IMG/VR virus record: IMGVR_UViG_3300021963_000130
Span: 1-62,595 of that record
DNA length: 62,595 nt
Source of the DNA: a virus
Lineage: Duplodnaviria; Caudoviricetes
Strand: one strand, 5' to 3'
Shown: positions 7,951 through 16,764 of the stretch, in pieces
Layout: each line of letters starts with the position of its first letter
Numbering within the stretch: position 1 is the first letter of the stretch
Translations under genes and position numbers: made by a program
The notes under the pieces: model-generated
What the model was told of the DNA's origin: nothing
Seen by the model: the letters and a program-made list of their open reading frames with translations, nothing else
Database searches by the model: none

Positions 7951-10430
7951 TGTTTAGGCGGCTCCTTTTGTTTGTTGGCCAGATCATGAATGCGCTGCAC
8001 GGACTGCTGGCGCTCGGTCATCTGCATCTGTTCACGCTTGGTCTTTATGTCCCCAGCCTTGCCCATTGCAGAAATGTTTGCCGCTGACTTCTGCTGTTGC
8101 AGTTGACCGGCTTTGTTCATGGCATCAATCTGAAGCCGCTTGTTGTCCAGCTCCAGCCGACCCTGCATCTCTTGCGCCTTGAGCTGCATGTCTTGCTGCT
8201 TGAGCTGGAGTTCTTGTTGCTTGATCTGCAACTCTTGCTGCTGCATCTGGATCATCGGGTCTTGCTGTTGTTGCTGAGCTTGCTTCTGAGCTTGCTGAGC
8301 TTGGCTCTGCTGGAGCACTTGCTGTGCAGCTTGGGCCATCATGCCGGACAACTGAATCTCCATCTCAGGCGGCAGCTTGTCGTCTTCCGGTGGCAGGGGC
8401 ATACCCATCTGCTGCTCAATCTTCTGGCGGTATGCGTACCCAACGTGCTCAGCAACGTGGGCCATCATTGCGCCTTGAATCTGCGGAGCTTTGGGGTTCT
8501 GGCCAATCAGTTCCATGACGATGGGGTCTTGCATCGCCATCATGTGCACCTTGATATGGGACTCATGGTCTTGGTAGAAGAACGCCTTCAGTGGCTCCAA
8601 GCGCAGCGCAGCCATGTTCTCAGACACAGGGTCTTTCGGTTTCTGGTCGTCCGGCAGGGGCACAAGCTTTTCAGCATCCTTGATACCCAACACGCCAAGC
8701 ATCTGCCTGTGAAGCTGGGGCAAGTCGTAAATATCCGGTGCCATTTGAGCCATTTGTATGACTGCTTGGTACTGAACCACTCGTTGACTCATGGTGGCTG
8801 CGTTTGGATCGCTCACGGGGATGATGTCTACGTGGTCGTAGTCAGCAGCCTTGGCCTTGCGTGGGGCATCAATCGGATCGTAGTCATAGTCTGGGTCGGT
8901 GTAGTCGCGGATGATCGCGGCCAGCAGACGCAGCTCTTGTTTGAATGTGTAGTGCAGCCGCGCTTGCACGGCGCTCATGACTTTAAGCTGGCGCTCCAGC
9001 AGAGCCAGTGTGGTGCCCACAGGTGCTTGGGCAGACATGTCCGACACTTTCATGTCGGCAGTGGCTGCAAACCTGCGGCCTTCTTCTACTATCTGGCCAA
9101 GCAGACCCATCAGAACTTGGCTTGGCTCCTTGTACGGCAACGGCAGGATACTGTCGCGCAGCGCACCAGAGCCAATATCTACGTCACGCCATTCTCCGGG
9201 AGCGATGGGGGTGTCGTCGCCTTTGATGCGCATGCCGCGAGATTTAAGACCTCCGGGTAGGTTAGACAGCGTGCCAGCATCAACAAGCTGTCGCATGAGG
9301 CTGGTGGCTGATTTGGCATATCCACCAATGAGATGGAAAAGGCCGAAGCCGTACGCTCCAAAACCCGGAATGTATTGATAGTGAACAAAGTGTTGTCGTT
9401 TGATTTCAAGGGGGTCTTCCTGTTCCCAGTTTCTGCGGATGGCCAGAACATCGTTCGAGCCTTTGATTAGGGTAACTACGTATGGACGTGTAATGCCGGT
9501 CGGTTTGCCGTCGTCATCCTTGTCTTCATCGCCCCTGAGCACCAAGTCAACATGCGACTCATACAGTGTGTAGCGGTCGTCATTTATATCAGAGAAGCCC
9601 GTTTCTTTGTCCTTGGCCTTCTTGATGTTGTCTTGTTCCTTGCTGGGGTCAGGCAACTCAATGTCGCGGTAAAAGCCTGCCTGCTGGAGCTTAACAATCT
9701 CGTTTTTTGTCTTGCGCATGACGTGCGTCAGGCGGTAGCAAGTGTCCAGATCGGATGTGCCATAGGGCAGTAGGATGTCTTCAGCCGGTACAAATATTGA
9801 AATCTGGCGGCCAATGTTGGGGTCGTAGTACACCTTCTTGAACGCCGAACCGGTGGCTGGCAAGCTCCACAGCATGCGCTCATGCTCAGGACGGAACTCG
9901 CGCATGACTTCTGTCAGCTCGTAGTTCATGTCTTCTTCAACGCGGATGGACGCTTCTTTCTTCTCGGGGGTCTCTTTGCCCAGAATCTTTGTACGTACCG
10001 GCCCTTGGGCGGGGAATGTCTCGGTGATGGTCTCTGACTGGAACCGAACCACCGCCTCTGTAATCATGGGGTGGAACACACCAGATGCGCCGTTCCACGG
10101 CTCCGTGCGATCTTCGTACTGCAAGCCCAACAGCTTGATGCCTTCTGTATATGCGCGTTCCCAGTCCTTGCGGGAACTCTTGTCTTGCTCAATGTCTCCA
10201 GCCAACTCAGAAGCCATCTCCATGATGTCATCTTCGGATAGCGTGTCGGCCAAGTTTTCGTCAAACTCGTCGTCCTCGCCTTTACCAATACTGATGTCCA
10301 AGTCCCCGGCGTGGATGTTGACCGCTTCTGGGTCAATGATTTCAATCTCAATGGCTTCTTCCTCTTGGGCAAGGTCATCCATGCTTTGGGGTTGCTGGTA
10401 CAGCGCTTTATCTATATTGGTGGCCATCAT
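7947..10430 (-). CDS. Portal protein (P22-like, Q-rich C-terminal barrel)
   Basis: 827 aa after TerL; GSAFKKVYYD motif; Q-rich coiled C-terminus. Confidence 0.85.
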   Translation of the reverse strand: MMATNIDKALYQQPQSMDDLAQEEEAIEIEIIDPEAVNIHAGDLDISIGKGEDDEFDENLADTLSEDDIMEMASELAGDIEQDKSSRKDWERAYTEGIKLLGLQYEDRTEPWNGASGVFHPMITEAVVRFQSETITETFPAQGPVRTKILGKETPEKKEASIRVEEDMNYELTEVMREFRPEHERMLWSLPATGSAFKKVYYDPNIGRQISIFVPAEDILLPYGTSDLDTCYRLTHVMRKTKNEIVKLQQAGFYRDIELPDPSKEQDNIKKAKDKETGFSDINDDRYTLYESHVDLVLRGDEDKDDDGKPTGITRPYVVTLIKGSNDVLAIRRNWEQEDPLEIKRQHFVHYQYIPGFGAYGFGLFHLIGGYAKSATSLMRQLVDAGTLSNLPGGLKSRGMRIKGDDTPIAPGEWRDVDIGSGALRDSILPLPYKEPSQVLMGLLGQIVEEGRRFAATADMKVSDMSAQAPVGTTLALLERQLKVMSAVQARLHYTFKQELRLLAAIIRDYTDPDYDYDPIDAPRKAKAADYDHVDIIPVSDPNAATMSQRVVQYQAVIQMAQMAPDIYDLPQLHRQMLGVLGIKDAEKLVPLPDDQKPKDPVSENMAALRLEPLKAFFYQDHESHIKVHMMAMQDPIVMELIGQNPKAPQIQGAMMAHVAEHVGYAYRQKIEQQMGMPLPPEDDKLPPEMEIQLSGMMAQAAQQVLQQSQAQQAQKQAQQQQQDPMIQMQQQELQIKQQELQLKQQDMQLKAQEMQGRLELDNKRLQIDAMNKAGQLQQQKSAANISAMGKAGDIKTKREQMQMTERQQSVQRIHDLANKQKEPPKQ

Positions 10431-10436
10431 TTATCC

Positions 10437-11975
10437 TCAGTAGTACGCCGCCACGCGGCGCTTGAAAAATTGGGGTTCGTCTGGCTCATCTATGTCAACT
10501 CTGATGAAGCCGCCTTGTCTGACGCGCATCAGTGCTTGGGAGGTTGTGTCCACAAAGTCATCGTTGTCTCCGTTGGGAAAAGACGCAACCTCTTCAATGA
10601 CTTCGCGTGCCCAGCGTGTGTCAGGTGCCCATACCAACCCAGACGAGAACATGTCGGCAATAGCGTTCAGACGCACTATCTTATCGTTTCCACGGCTCGG
10701 TGTAAATTCCTGCACTGGGATGCCCATGTTGCGCAGCTCTTGGATCAGGGGTGCGCCAGCGGCTTTCTTCTCCACGATGAACGCATCTGGTTCCCACTCC
10801 TTCCAGTGCTTCAGGGCGCAGGCCTTGAGTTCCGGGAACTGCATCCGTTCTTTGAACGCGTCCAGCAGTATCACCTGCGCCTTGTTGTTCTCTTCCTCGT
10901 TGTAGAACACGCCCCATGTTGTACACGCGCTGTAGTCAGATGTGTTCTTTGTCTCGTGCGCCGTGTCCCAACTCTGGACAATGTACTCACAGGACGGCGG
11001 GGTTTCACTTTCCCAGACGCGCCAGCTCTTTCTAGAGATGATTGCCGCAGTGTCGCTGGTAGGCTGCTGCATGTACTGCGCGTTCCAGTACTTGGGATCC
11101 ATTGAGGACTTGGCGCTCAGGAGCGACTCCAGTGGCCACTGCTCTGGCCAGAGGGACTTCTCGTTGTCCGTGCCTTCGTGCAGGATGGCCGGTAGCTCCA
11201 CGATCTCCCATGTGGGGGAGTCAGGATTCTTAACTTGATAATCAATCAGCCGTCCGGTCAAATCCAGCTTGCCCCAGCGCGTCATGATGACAATGATCGC
11301 CCCGCCCGGCATCAGTCGTTGTAGGGGGCCGGTCTGGAACCACGACCACGCCGTGTCGAAGGCGAGTCGGCTATTGGCTTTAACATCTTGTTCAGAATGC
11401 GGGTCATCAATAACAAACAGATCAGCTCCGCGACCAGCCAGAGCACCACCAACACCGGCAGCATAATACTGACCACCAGCAGCAGTAGACCACTTTCCAG
11501 CAGCCTTCTGATCGTCTGCCACAAGCGTTTGAGGAAAGAGTTCATGGTATTGCTCATCGTCCAGTAAGTTTCTGACTCTGCGTCCGAAGTCCTCGGATAG
11601 CGATGCGGTGTGCGTTCCCATGATAATTTTCTTATTAGGGAAATTACCTAGGAAGTATGCGGGGAACAAGTAGCTGGAAAACTCGGACTTACCCATCCGT
11701 GGCGCAATATTGATGATGACGCGCTTCTTTTTACCGTCGATCACGTCCTGAAATATCTTGGCCAGCTTCCTGTGGTGCGGCCCGACTTTGAATCCGGGGT
11801 AGACGTGCTTGGCAAACTCAAGCACGTTGGTGCGCCCAGCCACCAACTTGTACCGCTTCTCGCGCTCCTCCAGCATGTCCATGAGTTCAATCTTCTCTTT
11901 GAGGCTCATGGTAGGAAGAGCACGCTGAATAGCTTGGATCTCTGGTTTGTTTAACGTTAGACTTTCAAGATTCAT
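10437..11975 (-). CDS. terL: Terminase large subunit
   Basis: Walker A APRMGKS, Walker B VIDD, nuclease motifs SWDTA and DDFVD. Confidence 0.95.
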   Translation of the reverse strand: MNLESLTLNKPEIQAIQRALPTMSLKEKIELMDMLEEREKRYKLVAGRTNVLEFAKHVYPGFKVGPHHRKLAKIFQDVIDGKKKRVIINIAPRMGKSEFSSYLFPAYFLGNFPNKKIIMGTHTASLSEDFGRRVRNLLDDEQYHELFPQTLVADDQKAAGKWSTAAGGQYYAAGVGGALAGRGADLFVIDDPHSEQDVKANSRLAFDTAWSWFQTGPLQRLMPGGAIIVIMTRWGKLDLTGRLIDYQVKNPDSPTWEIVELPAILHEGTDNEKSLWPEQWPLESLLSAKSSMDPKYWNAQYMQQPTSDTAAIISRKSWRVWESETPPSCEYIVQSWDTAHETKNTSDYSACTTWGVFYNEEENNKAQVILLDAFKERMQFPELKACALKHWKEWEPDAFIVEKKAAGAPLIQELRNMGIPVQEFTPSRGNDKIVRLNAIADMFSSGLVWAPDTRWAREVIEEVASFPNGDNDDFVDTTSQALMRVRQGGFIRVDIDEPDEPQFFKRRVAAYY

Positions 11976-12564
11976 CGGTGGTTGCCGGTAAGGGAACGCT
12001 AACTTCTATGTCTTCTATTGGCTCTGCGTCTTGCACGCCCATGAACTTGGCCAGCTTCTCTTTGAGCTTGCGGTCGATCTCTTCGTCGGTCAGGTCGGTC
12101 TTCTTGACTTCAATCTTGTCGGTGAAGAGGCCCACTTCGGTGACCTTGCCCAGTAAGCCCAGCGCTTTCAAGCGGATGTTGGCGTTGGGGTTCTCGCATT
12201 CTTCAAGGAGCTTGGCCACGGTGTAGCCACGGAGTTCACGGGCTTGATGCACAAACTCCCAGTCGTAGGCTGTGAGCATACCGACCAAATGCTGCACCGC
12301 AGCAGGCGTTTTGATCTGGGTAAGATGTTCGTGGGTAATTTCTGCTGGCGCGGAAGAGATGAGGTTGGTGAAAGATGCGCGTGCTGCTTGGACTTCGGCT
12401 TGGTTAACCACTGTCTCTGTATCTGCCGCACCCAGACCCTTGAGCCACTCGACCGTGTTTACTTTAGCGTCGATCACATCCGCCGGATGTTCTTTCTCAA
12501 GCGGCGTAGGTTTACCAGAGTGATTGCTCACTTCCGGCTCAAAATCAATAAGGTGGTCTAACAT
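11965..12564 (-). CDS. terS: Putative terminase small subunit
   Basis: Immediately upstream of TerL; RLKALGLLGK...LFT motif. Confidence 0.65.
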   Translation of the reverse strand: MLDHLIDFEPEVSNHSGKPTPLEKEHPADVIDAKVNTVEWLKGLGAADTETVVNQAEVQAARASFTNLISSAPAEITHEHLTQIKTPAAVQHLVGMLTAYDWEFVHQARELRGYTVAKLLEECENPNANIRLKALGLLGKVTEVGLFTDKIEVKKTDLTDEEIDRKLKEKLAKFMGVQDAEPIEDIEVSVPLPATTDES

Positions 12565-12579
12565 CGGCGCATAAGTCCC

Positions 12580-12608
12580 TTGTACCTGCGATGCGCGGAG
12601 TGTATACT
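12580..12608 (+). promoter_or_regulatory. Sigma70-type promoter for candidate sRNA
   Basis: TTGTAC-N17-TATACT. Confidence 0.7.
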
Positions 12609-12627
12609 AATTGTCAGCAGTTGCGCA
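12599..12627 (-). promoter_or_regulatory. Possible divergent overlapping promoter for terS/late operon
   Basis: TTGCGC-N18-TACACT on minus strand, overlapping the plus-strand -10. Confidence 0.35.
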
Positions 12628-12718
12628 ACCGTGGGCCTTGGCCCTGTTGTTCAGATGCTTCTCCTCAGTTGTGCTCCAACTGTTTAATCCCCCGTCAGCA
12701 ATGCCGGGGGATTTTTTT
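12615..12718 (+). ncRNA. Candidate anti-Shine-Dalgarno small RNA (~100 nt)
   Basis: Promoter, hairpin 12625-12650, unpaired AUGCUUCUCCU, hairpin 12666-12682, terminator; no credible ORF. Confidence 0.6.
12686..12718 (+). terminator. Rho-independent terminator
   Basis: AATCCCCCG...CGGGGGATT followed by T-run. Confidence 0.8.
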
Positions 12719-12727
12719 ATGGCTGTA

Positions 12728-12743
12728 TGTCTAGCGTTGGACA
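12728..12743. promoter_or_regulatory. Palindromic operator copy 1 (TGTCTA-GCGT-TGGACA)
   Basis: Same consensus at 20895 and 32245. Confidence 0.55.
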
Positions 12744-13051
12744 TAGGGTTCTTCCAAATTTTTTAGAAATTTTTATGGTGGGTGTGATTATCTTCATAGG
12801 GGGGGTAGTGTCTGTGGAACTCAAACAGGGGGGTTTGAGGTATCTGCGGTATTAAGTATTACAGAAGTGCTGAGAATCGGTGGGGAATAGTGTTCATGTC
12901 AGGCACGACCCAGTTCTACATACAGGGGTGATGGGGGTACGGTGGGGTCTAAGGTATTCGATTATCTCCCATTTTCAGGGTCAGCTAGTACCTCCGTTTA
13001 CCCCCATCTTTACAATAGAGGCATCGGTTAGGGATTGGCTCTGATCGGTAC

Positions 13052-13068
13052 GGGGAACTCACTTCCCC
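13052..13068. repeat. GGGGAA-N5-TTCCCC palindrome copy 1
   Basis: GGGGAACTCACTTCCCC. Confidence 0.9.
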
Positions 13069-13092
13069 ATTCGTTCTTGAAAGGAACACACC

Positions 13093-13518
13093 ATGAAACT
13101 CGCAACACGTACAACCATGATTCACGCTGCTCTTGACTCTGCATTCACCTATGCGGAGAAAGTCGCACTCTTACAGAAAGCATTCGAGGGTAAGGCTGTC
13201 GAAGATATTCGGAATGCAATTCGCCCTGATGTCGCAAGCTACACGAAATATCAGGTGCCGATGATTGACGGCAAGGGTAAGGCTGTCGGCACTAAGGTGC
13301 TGGATAAAGAGCACCCACAGTATGAGAACTGTCGCAAGGCCGTGACGAATCTGGCGAATGACATTGCAGGTAAGACCTCAGAGTCTGTCGAGGAAATCGA
13401 AGTCCCCGAGGAAGTCCTGAAAGCCGCCGAGCGTCTGGCTAAATTGTGCGCTCAGTATGAGGAGTCACGCAAGCTGGCTTCGACTGCTGTTGCTCAGGCA
13501 TTCGCTGCTGCTAAGTGA
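13093..13518 (+). CDS. First early gene, hypothetical protein
   Basis: AAGGA RBS, 141 aa. Confidence 0.8.
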   Translation: MKLATRTTMIHAALDSAFTYAEKVALLQKAFEGKAVEDIRNAIRPDVASYTKYQVPMIDGKGKAVGTKVLDKEHPQYENCRKAVTNLANDIAGKTSESVEEIEVPEEVLKAAERLAKLCAQYEESRKLASTAVAQAFAAAK

Positions 13519-13520
13519 AT

Positions 13521-13537
13521 GGGGAAGTCAGTTCCCT
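13521..13537. repeat. Palindrome copy 2
   Basis: GGGGAAGTCAGTTCCCT. Confidence 0.85.
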
Positions 13538-13551
13538 GTTCTTTTTTATCG

Positions 13552-13588
13552 GGCGGCGTAGGCGCGATGCCTTGCCGCTGTTTCTTTC
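13552..13588 (+). terminator. Possible terminator hairpin
   Basis: GGCGGCGTAGGC/GCCTTGCCGCT stem then GTTTCTTTC. Confidence 0.45.
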
Positions 13589-13622
13589 CTTGTCCAACCA
13601 AAACCAATCGGAGATTATTCCC

Positions 13623-13862
13623 ATGAGTTACAAATCAAAAACCGAGCGTGAATACGCTTACTACCAGAAACAGTTTGGCTCTGCTCAGGCAGAGCTAGAC
13701 GCATTCGATGCGTGGGCAGGCTTTCCACGCACGGACAAAGCCCATGCAAAGGTCATGGAACGTCAACAGGCAAAGAACCGCCCATCATGGGCGCAACTCA
13801 AGGCTGAGTTCGGCACTGAAGTAGCTTGTGCCAAATACGAGCAAGCCATAGGCGCTAAGTAA
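13623..13862 (+). CDS. Early hypothetical protein (MSYKSKTERE...)
   Basis: GGAG RBS upstream of ATG 13623. Confidence 0.7.
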   Translation: MSYKSKTEREYAYYQKQFGSAQAELDAFDAWAGFPRTDKAHAKVMERQQAKNRPSWAQLKAEFGTEVACAKYEQAIGAK

Positions 13863-13929
13863 GGAAACTCTGCAAGCTCATGCACTGCGTGGGTTTGCGG
13901 GGCAATCCTGCCCGATAAGGAGAAACATC

Positions 13930-14157
13930 ATGCGTTCAACACACTTCCCCCTGCTCAAAGACGTAGGCACACTGACAATCAAAGGCACAGAGTGGCGCTT
14001 GCAAGAGTACTACCCCAACCCATCCATGCGGAACTACAAGTTCATCACGGCGTACAGCATCAGGCTCAGCGAGAAGGCAACCTTCGTATCAGACGAGGCA
14101 TTCGAGGCATGGCTTGAGCAACAGCAAGCACCTGTGCAACAACGCTTTACGTACTAA
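13930..14157 (+). CDS. Early hypothetical protein
   Basis: AAGGAGA RBS. Confidence 0.75.
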   Translation: MRSTHFPLLKDVGTLTIKGTEWRLQEYYPNPSMRNYKFITAYSIRLSEKATFVSDEAFEAWLEQQQAPVQQRFTY

Positions 14158-14158
14158 C

Positions 14159-14175
14159 AGGGAACTCAGTTCCCC
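14159..14175. repeat. Palindrome copy 3
   Basis: AGGGAACTCAGTTCCCC. Confidence 0.85.
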
Positions 14176-14565
14176 GATGTCACAAAAAGTGGGTAAAATC
14201 TTCAGCTTCCATGATTTTACCAAGTATCCGACCCCAAAGTCAGCGATTACCCCAGTGAACACGGGCAGTCCACATTTTCTGTCCATACTATCTACTTTTC
14301 TATTTATATATTTATATATAGGAGTGTATGTATGTGCGTGCTCTCAAGTAATCGGCTGACTTTGGTTTGTTTAAGTCCATCCTTTTTTGGATTTTCCCAC
14401 AGGGTACTTTTTATGGACGCAACTTGCCCAACCCCAGAGTGCATAAGGCGTAGCAACAGACTTCGCTTTTGGATACCACCCTCGAATCATGGATAGTACA
14501 AAAAGCACGGCTATCTTTTTACCGAATATTCGTGTAGAATCATGGATACTTTTAACGGAGGTCTT

Positions 14566-15291
14566 ATGTTTGAACGAATCAAGAACAAGAAACAGCTTGA
14601 GTGGAACCTGCTTGCCGCCGAGTACAAGAAGGGCACGCCCGAGGTAATCATTGAGGCCATGCGGCGTGATGGTCTGGATTACTTGGCCAAGCGCAAGTCA
14701 GATAACGCAAGGCAAAAGCAGCTTGCCCGAATGTGGAACGAGCACCTACTGCCACTGCAAGATGAGCGCAAGCGGGTATTGGCATCCCTTGCCTACACGG
14801 GGCACAACCGAAACAATGCCGACCCTAGGCAGATGGCACTCAAGGCATACAAGAAAGTTCTTGATGAACTGATGCGCCGAATGAAGCGGGAAGCAAGCAG
14901 CATCCCTATGGCCGACAGACCAACGATGTCCCCGATTGAATACGCCAAGCACAAGAACGCACCGAGTGGCGGCGAGCACTGGACAGACTACGTGCCCATC
15001 CATATCAAGCAGAGGGTGCTTGCACTGTTCGATGCCATACCGCACACACCCAAGGCCAAGCGCAAAGTCCCATTCGAGCGTGTTGTGGGCGTTGAACTAC
15101 ACGAGCTACAAAAAGAACGCCTCATCAGGCGTACTGAGAAAGAACTAATCAAATGCAAACAGGATGTCCTGCTCAACCCGACAGATGCGGCCATGCGTGA
15201 GCGTGTCCAACGGATTGAGGATGTACTGGCCAAGATAGAAAGCATCGAACCCCGTGAACACGTACCGACTACGTGGCAAGGGATGCGTTGA
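14566..15291 (+). CDS. Early hypothetical protein, helical and basic
   Basis: GGAGG RBS before ATG 14566. Confidence 0.75.
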   Translation: MFERIKNKKQLEWNLLAAEYKKGTPEVIIEAMRRDGLDYLAKRKSDNARQKQLARMWNEHLLPLQDERKRVLASLAYTGHNRNNADPRQMALKAYKKVLDELMRRMKREASSIPMADRPTMSPIEYAKHKNAPSGGEHWTDYVPIHIKQRVLALFDAIPHTPKAKRKVPFERVVGVELHELQKERLIRRTEKELIKCKQDVLLNPTDAAMRERVQRIEDVLAKIESIEPREHVPTTWQGMR

Positions 15292-15295
15292 GAAC

Positions 15296-15312
15296 GGGGA
15301 ACCCAGTTCCCC
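15296..15312. repeat. Palindrome copy 4 (start of ~55-bp element repeated at 16761)
   Basis: GGGGAACCCAGTTCCCC. Confidence 0.9.
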
Positions 15313-15362
15313 ATTGGTTAGCGGTGTGCCATCTCACACCGCACTCGCAAGGAGAAAGCAAC

Positions 15363-15599
15363 ATGAGCAAGTATTGGTTTTTGAGAATTGGTAGTGACGC
15401 AGTTGAGGAAGCCCTGCGCTTTTCCAACAAGCGCGACGCAGTCGCTGAGTACAGGCGTGTAGCCAACGAGTTGGCGCAGTACGGACAGGCGATAGAAGCA
15501 ACGATACACATAGCACCACGCCGCGCCGAGGTTGTCGAGTACCCCGACTTCGTGCTGTCTCTCAATGAGAACGGCAGGGTTGTGACCGAGCAAGCCTGA
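15363..15599 (+). CDS. Early hypothetical protein
   Basis: AAGGAGAAAGCA RBS before ATG 15363. Confidence 0.75.
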   Translation: MSKYWFLRIGSDAVEEALRFSNKRDAVAEYRRVANELAQYGQAIEATIHIAPRRAEVVEYPDFVLSLNENGRVVTEQA

Positions 15600-15624
15600 C
15601 GGGTGTCAACCCTTTTTAAACATC

Positions 15625-15641
15625 GGGGAAGTCAGTTCCCC
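15625..15641. repeat. Palindrome copy 5
   Basis: GGGGAAGTCAGTTCCCC. Confidence 0.9.
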
Positions 15642-15725
15642 GTTCCCTGTGTGCAGCATTTCGTCAGGCGATGCCGCGCACTATCCCGAAACTAGCCTGA
15701 CTTTCGCAACCGAAGGAGAAGATAA

Positions 15726-16121
15726 ATGAGAACAAGTGAACTGACAGGAGCCGCCCTTGATTGGGCGGTGGCGAAGTGCGAAGGGCATAAAGTGTTTATT
15801 AAACACGCACCACTACAGGTTATGTACACGCCGGAACGTAAGCGAAGCTGGTACATATATCGCCCATCAACAAATTGGGCGCAAGGTGGCCCGATCATTG
15901 ACCGAGAAGCCATTGCCCTATCGCCCATGCCCGATGGGTTGTGTCGTGCATACGCCGCCGATGGAACGAGGTGGGCACCGAATGGTGATGAGGTGTTCAA
16001 CTGGAAGCACAAGCAACAGGGGTATCACCCACTCATCGCAGCCATGCGGTGCTATGTGGCAAGCAAGCTCGGCGATGAAGTCGAGATACCAACAGAGTTA
16101 ACACAAGGAGAGACAGCATGA
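15726..16121 (+). CDS. DUF2591/NinX-like phage protein
   Basis: ELTGAALDWAVAKCEG...PSTNWAQGGPII...LIAAMRCYVASKLG. Confidence 0.75.
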   Translation: MRTSELTGAALDWAVAKCEGHKVFIKHAPLQVMYTPERKRSWYIYRPSTNWAQGGPIIDREAIALSPMPDGLCRAYAADGTRWAPNGDEVFNWKHKQQGYHPLIAAMRCYVASKLGDEVEIPTELTQGETA

Positions 16122-16339
16122 AATACAAACACCTGCACACATGGGACACCATGATGGGAAGCTATGACTACTGGAAAGAGTTCACGCAAGCACTCGCAGA
16201 GCACGACAACGCACCGCTGGACTGCATCTACAAACGAAGCGAGGACAAGGGCGGTGACTGGGAGTGCGCTAGTAGTTTGACAACTACGCACAGATTTTGG
16301 GATACACACAGAGCAATACACGGAGAGGAGACAGTATGA
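16118..16339 (+). CDS. Hypothetical protein
   Basis: AAGGAG RBS, ATGA overlap. Confidence 0.7.
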   Translation: MKYKHLHTWDTMMGSYDYWKEFTQALAEHDNAPLDCIYKRSEDKGGDWECASSLTTTHRFWDTHRAIHGEETV

Positions 16340-16518
16340 ACGACACACACGACTGCGCACACGCAGGACAGTATTCATGGTGGGAACACGATGCACAGGG
16401 CATACCGCTGTGCCGAGTATGTGACCTGTGCGTTGAGATAAAGCTCAGCAAGTACCGCCCTGAGATTCTGACGGGATACACACAGGCAGATATTGATGAA
16501 CCGATAGAGGAGGAATGA
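16336..16518 (+). CDS. Small Cys-containing hypothetical protein
   Basis: GAGGAG RBS; CRVCDLC. Confidence 0.65.
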   Translation: MNDTHDCAHAGQYSWWEHDAQGIPLCRVCDLCVEIKLSKYRPEILTGYTQADIDEPIEEE

Positions 16519-16519
16519 A

Positions 16520-16759
16520 ATGAAACACCAATGGAAAACAGGCCGTCAGTATGACGAGCATGGGCAACGCATGGTTGCACTGGTGGAGGGAGACTGCATC
16601 AGGTTTAGCGACCTGTCACGCAACATAGATGGGGTTGTGCCCCTTGGCAACTACCTGCAAAACCATAGGCTTGACGCCTACACGCTGGAGGCTTTGGTCA
16701 TGGCTAACTATGACTTCGGCAACTACAGCGGAAGCAACACCACACTTAACTGGGAGTAA
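16520..16759 (+). CDS. Hypothetical protein
   Basis: GAGGAGG RBS. Confidence 0.7.
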   Translation: MKHQWKTGRQYDEHGQRMVALVEGDCIRFSDLSRNIDGVVPLGNYLQNHRLDAYTLEALVMANYDFGNYSGSNTTLNWE

Positions 16760-16764
16760 TGAAC

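Noticed and set aside
8097-9260. 387-aa plus-strand ORF
   Set aside because: Antisense shadow of the Q-rich portal gene, no RBS, L-rich mirror composition.
13515-13622. Upstream extensions of ORF-track starts (also 15273, 19249, 32208, 33718, 61730)
   Set aside because: They run through regulatory repeats or hairpins; downstream ATGs generally have better RBS or operon fit.
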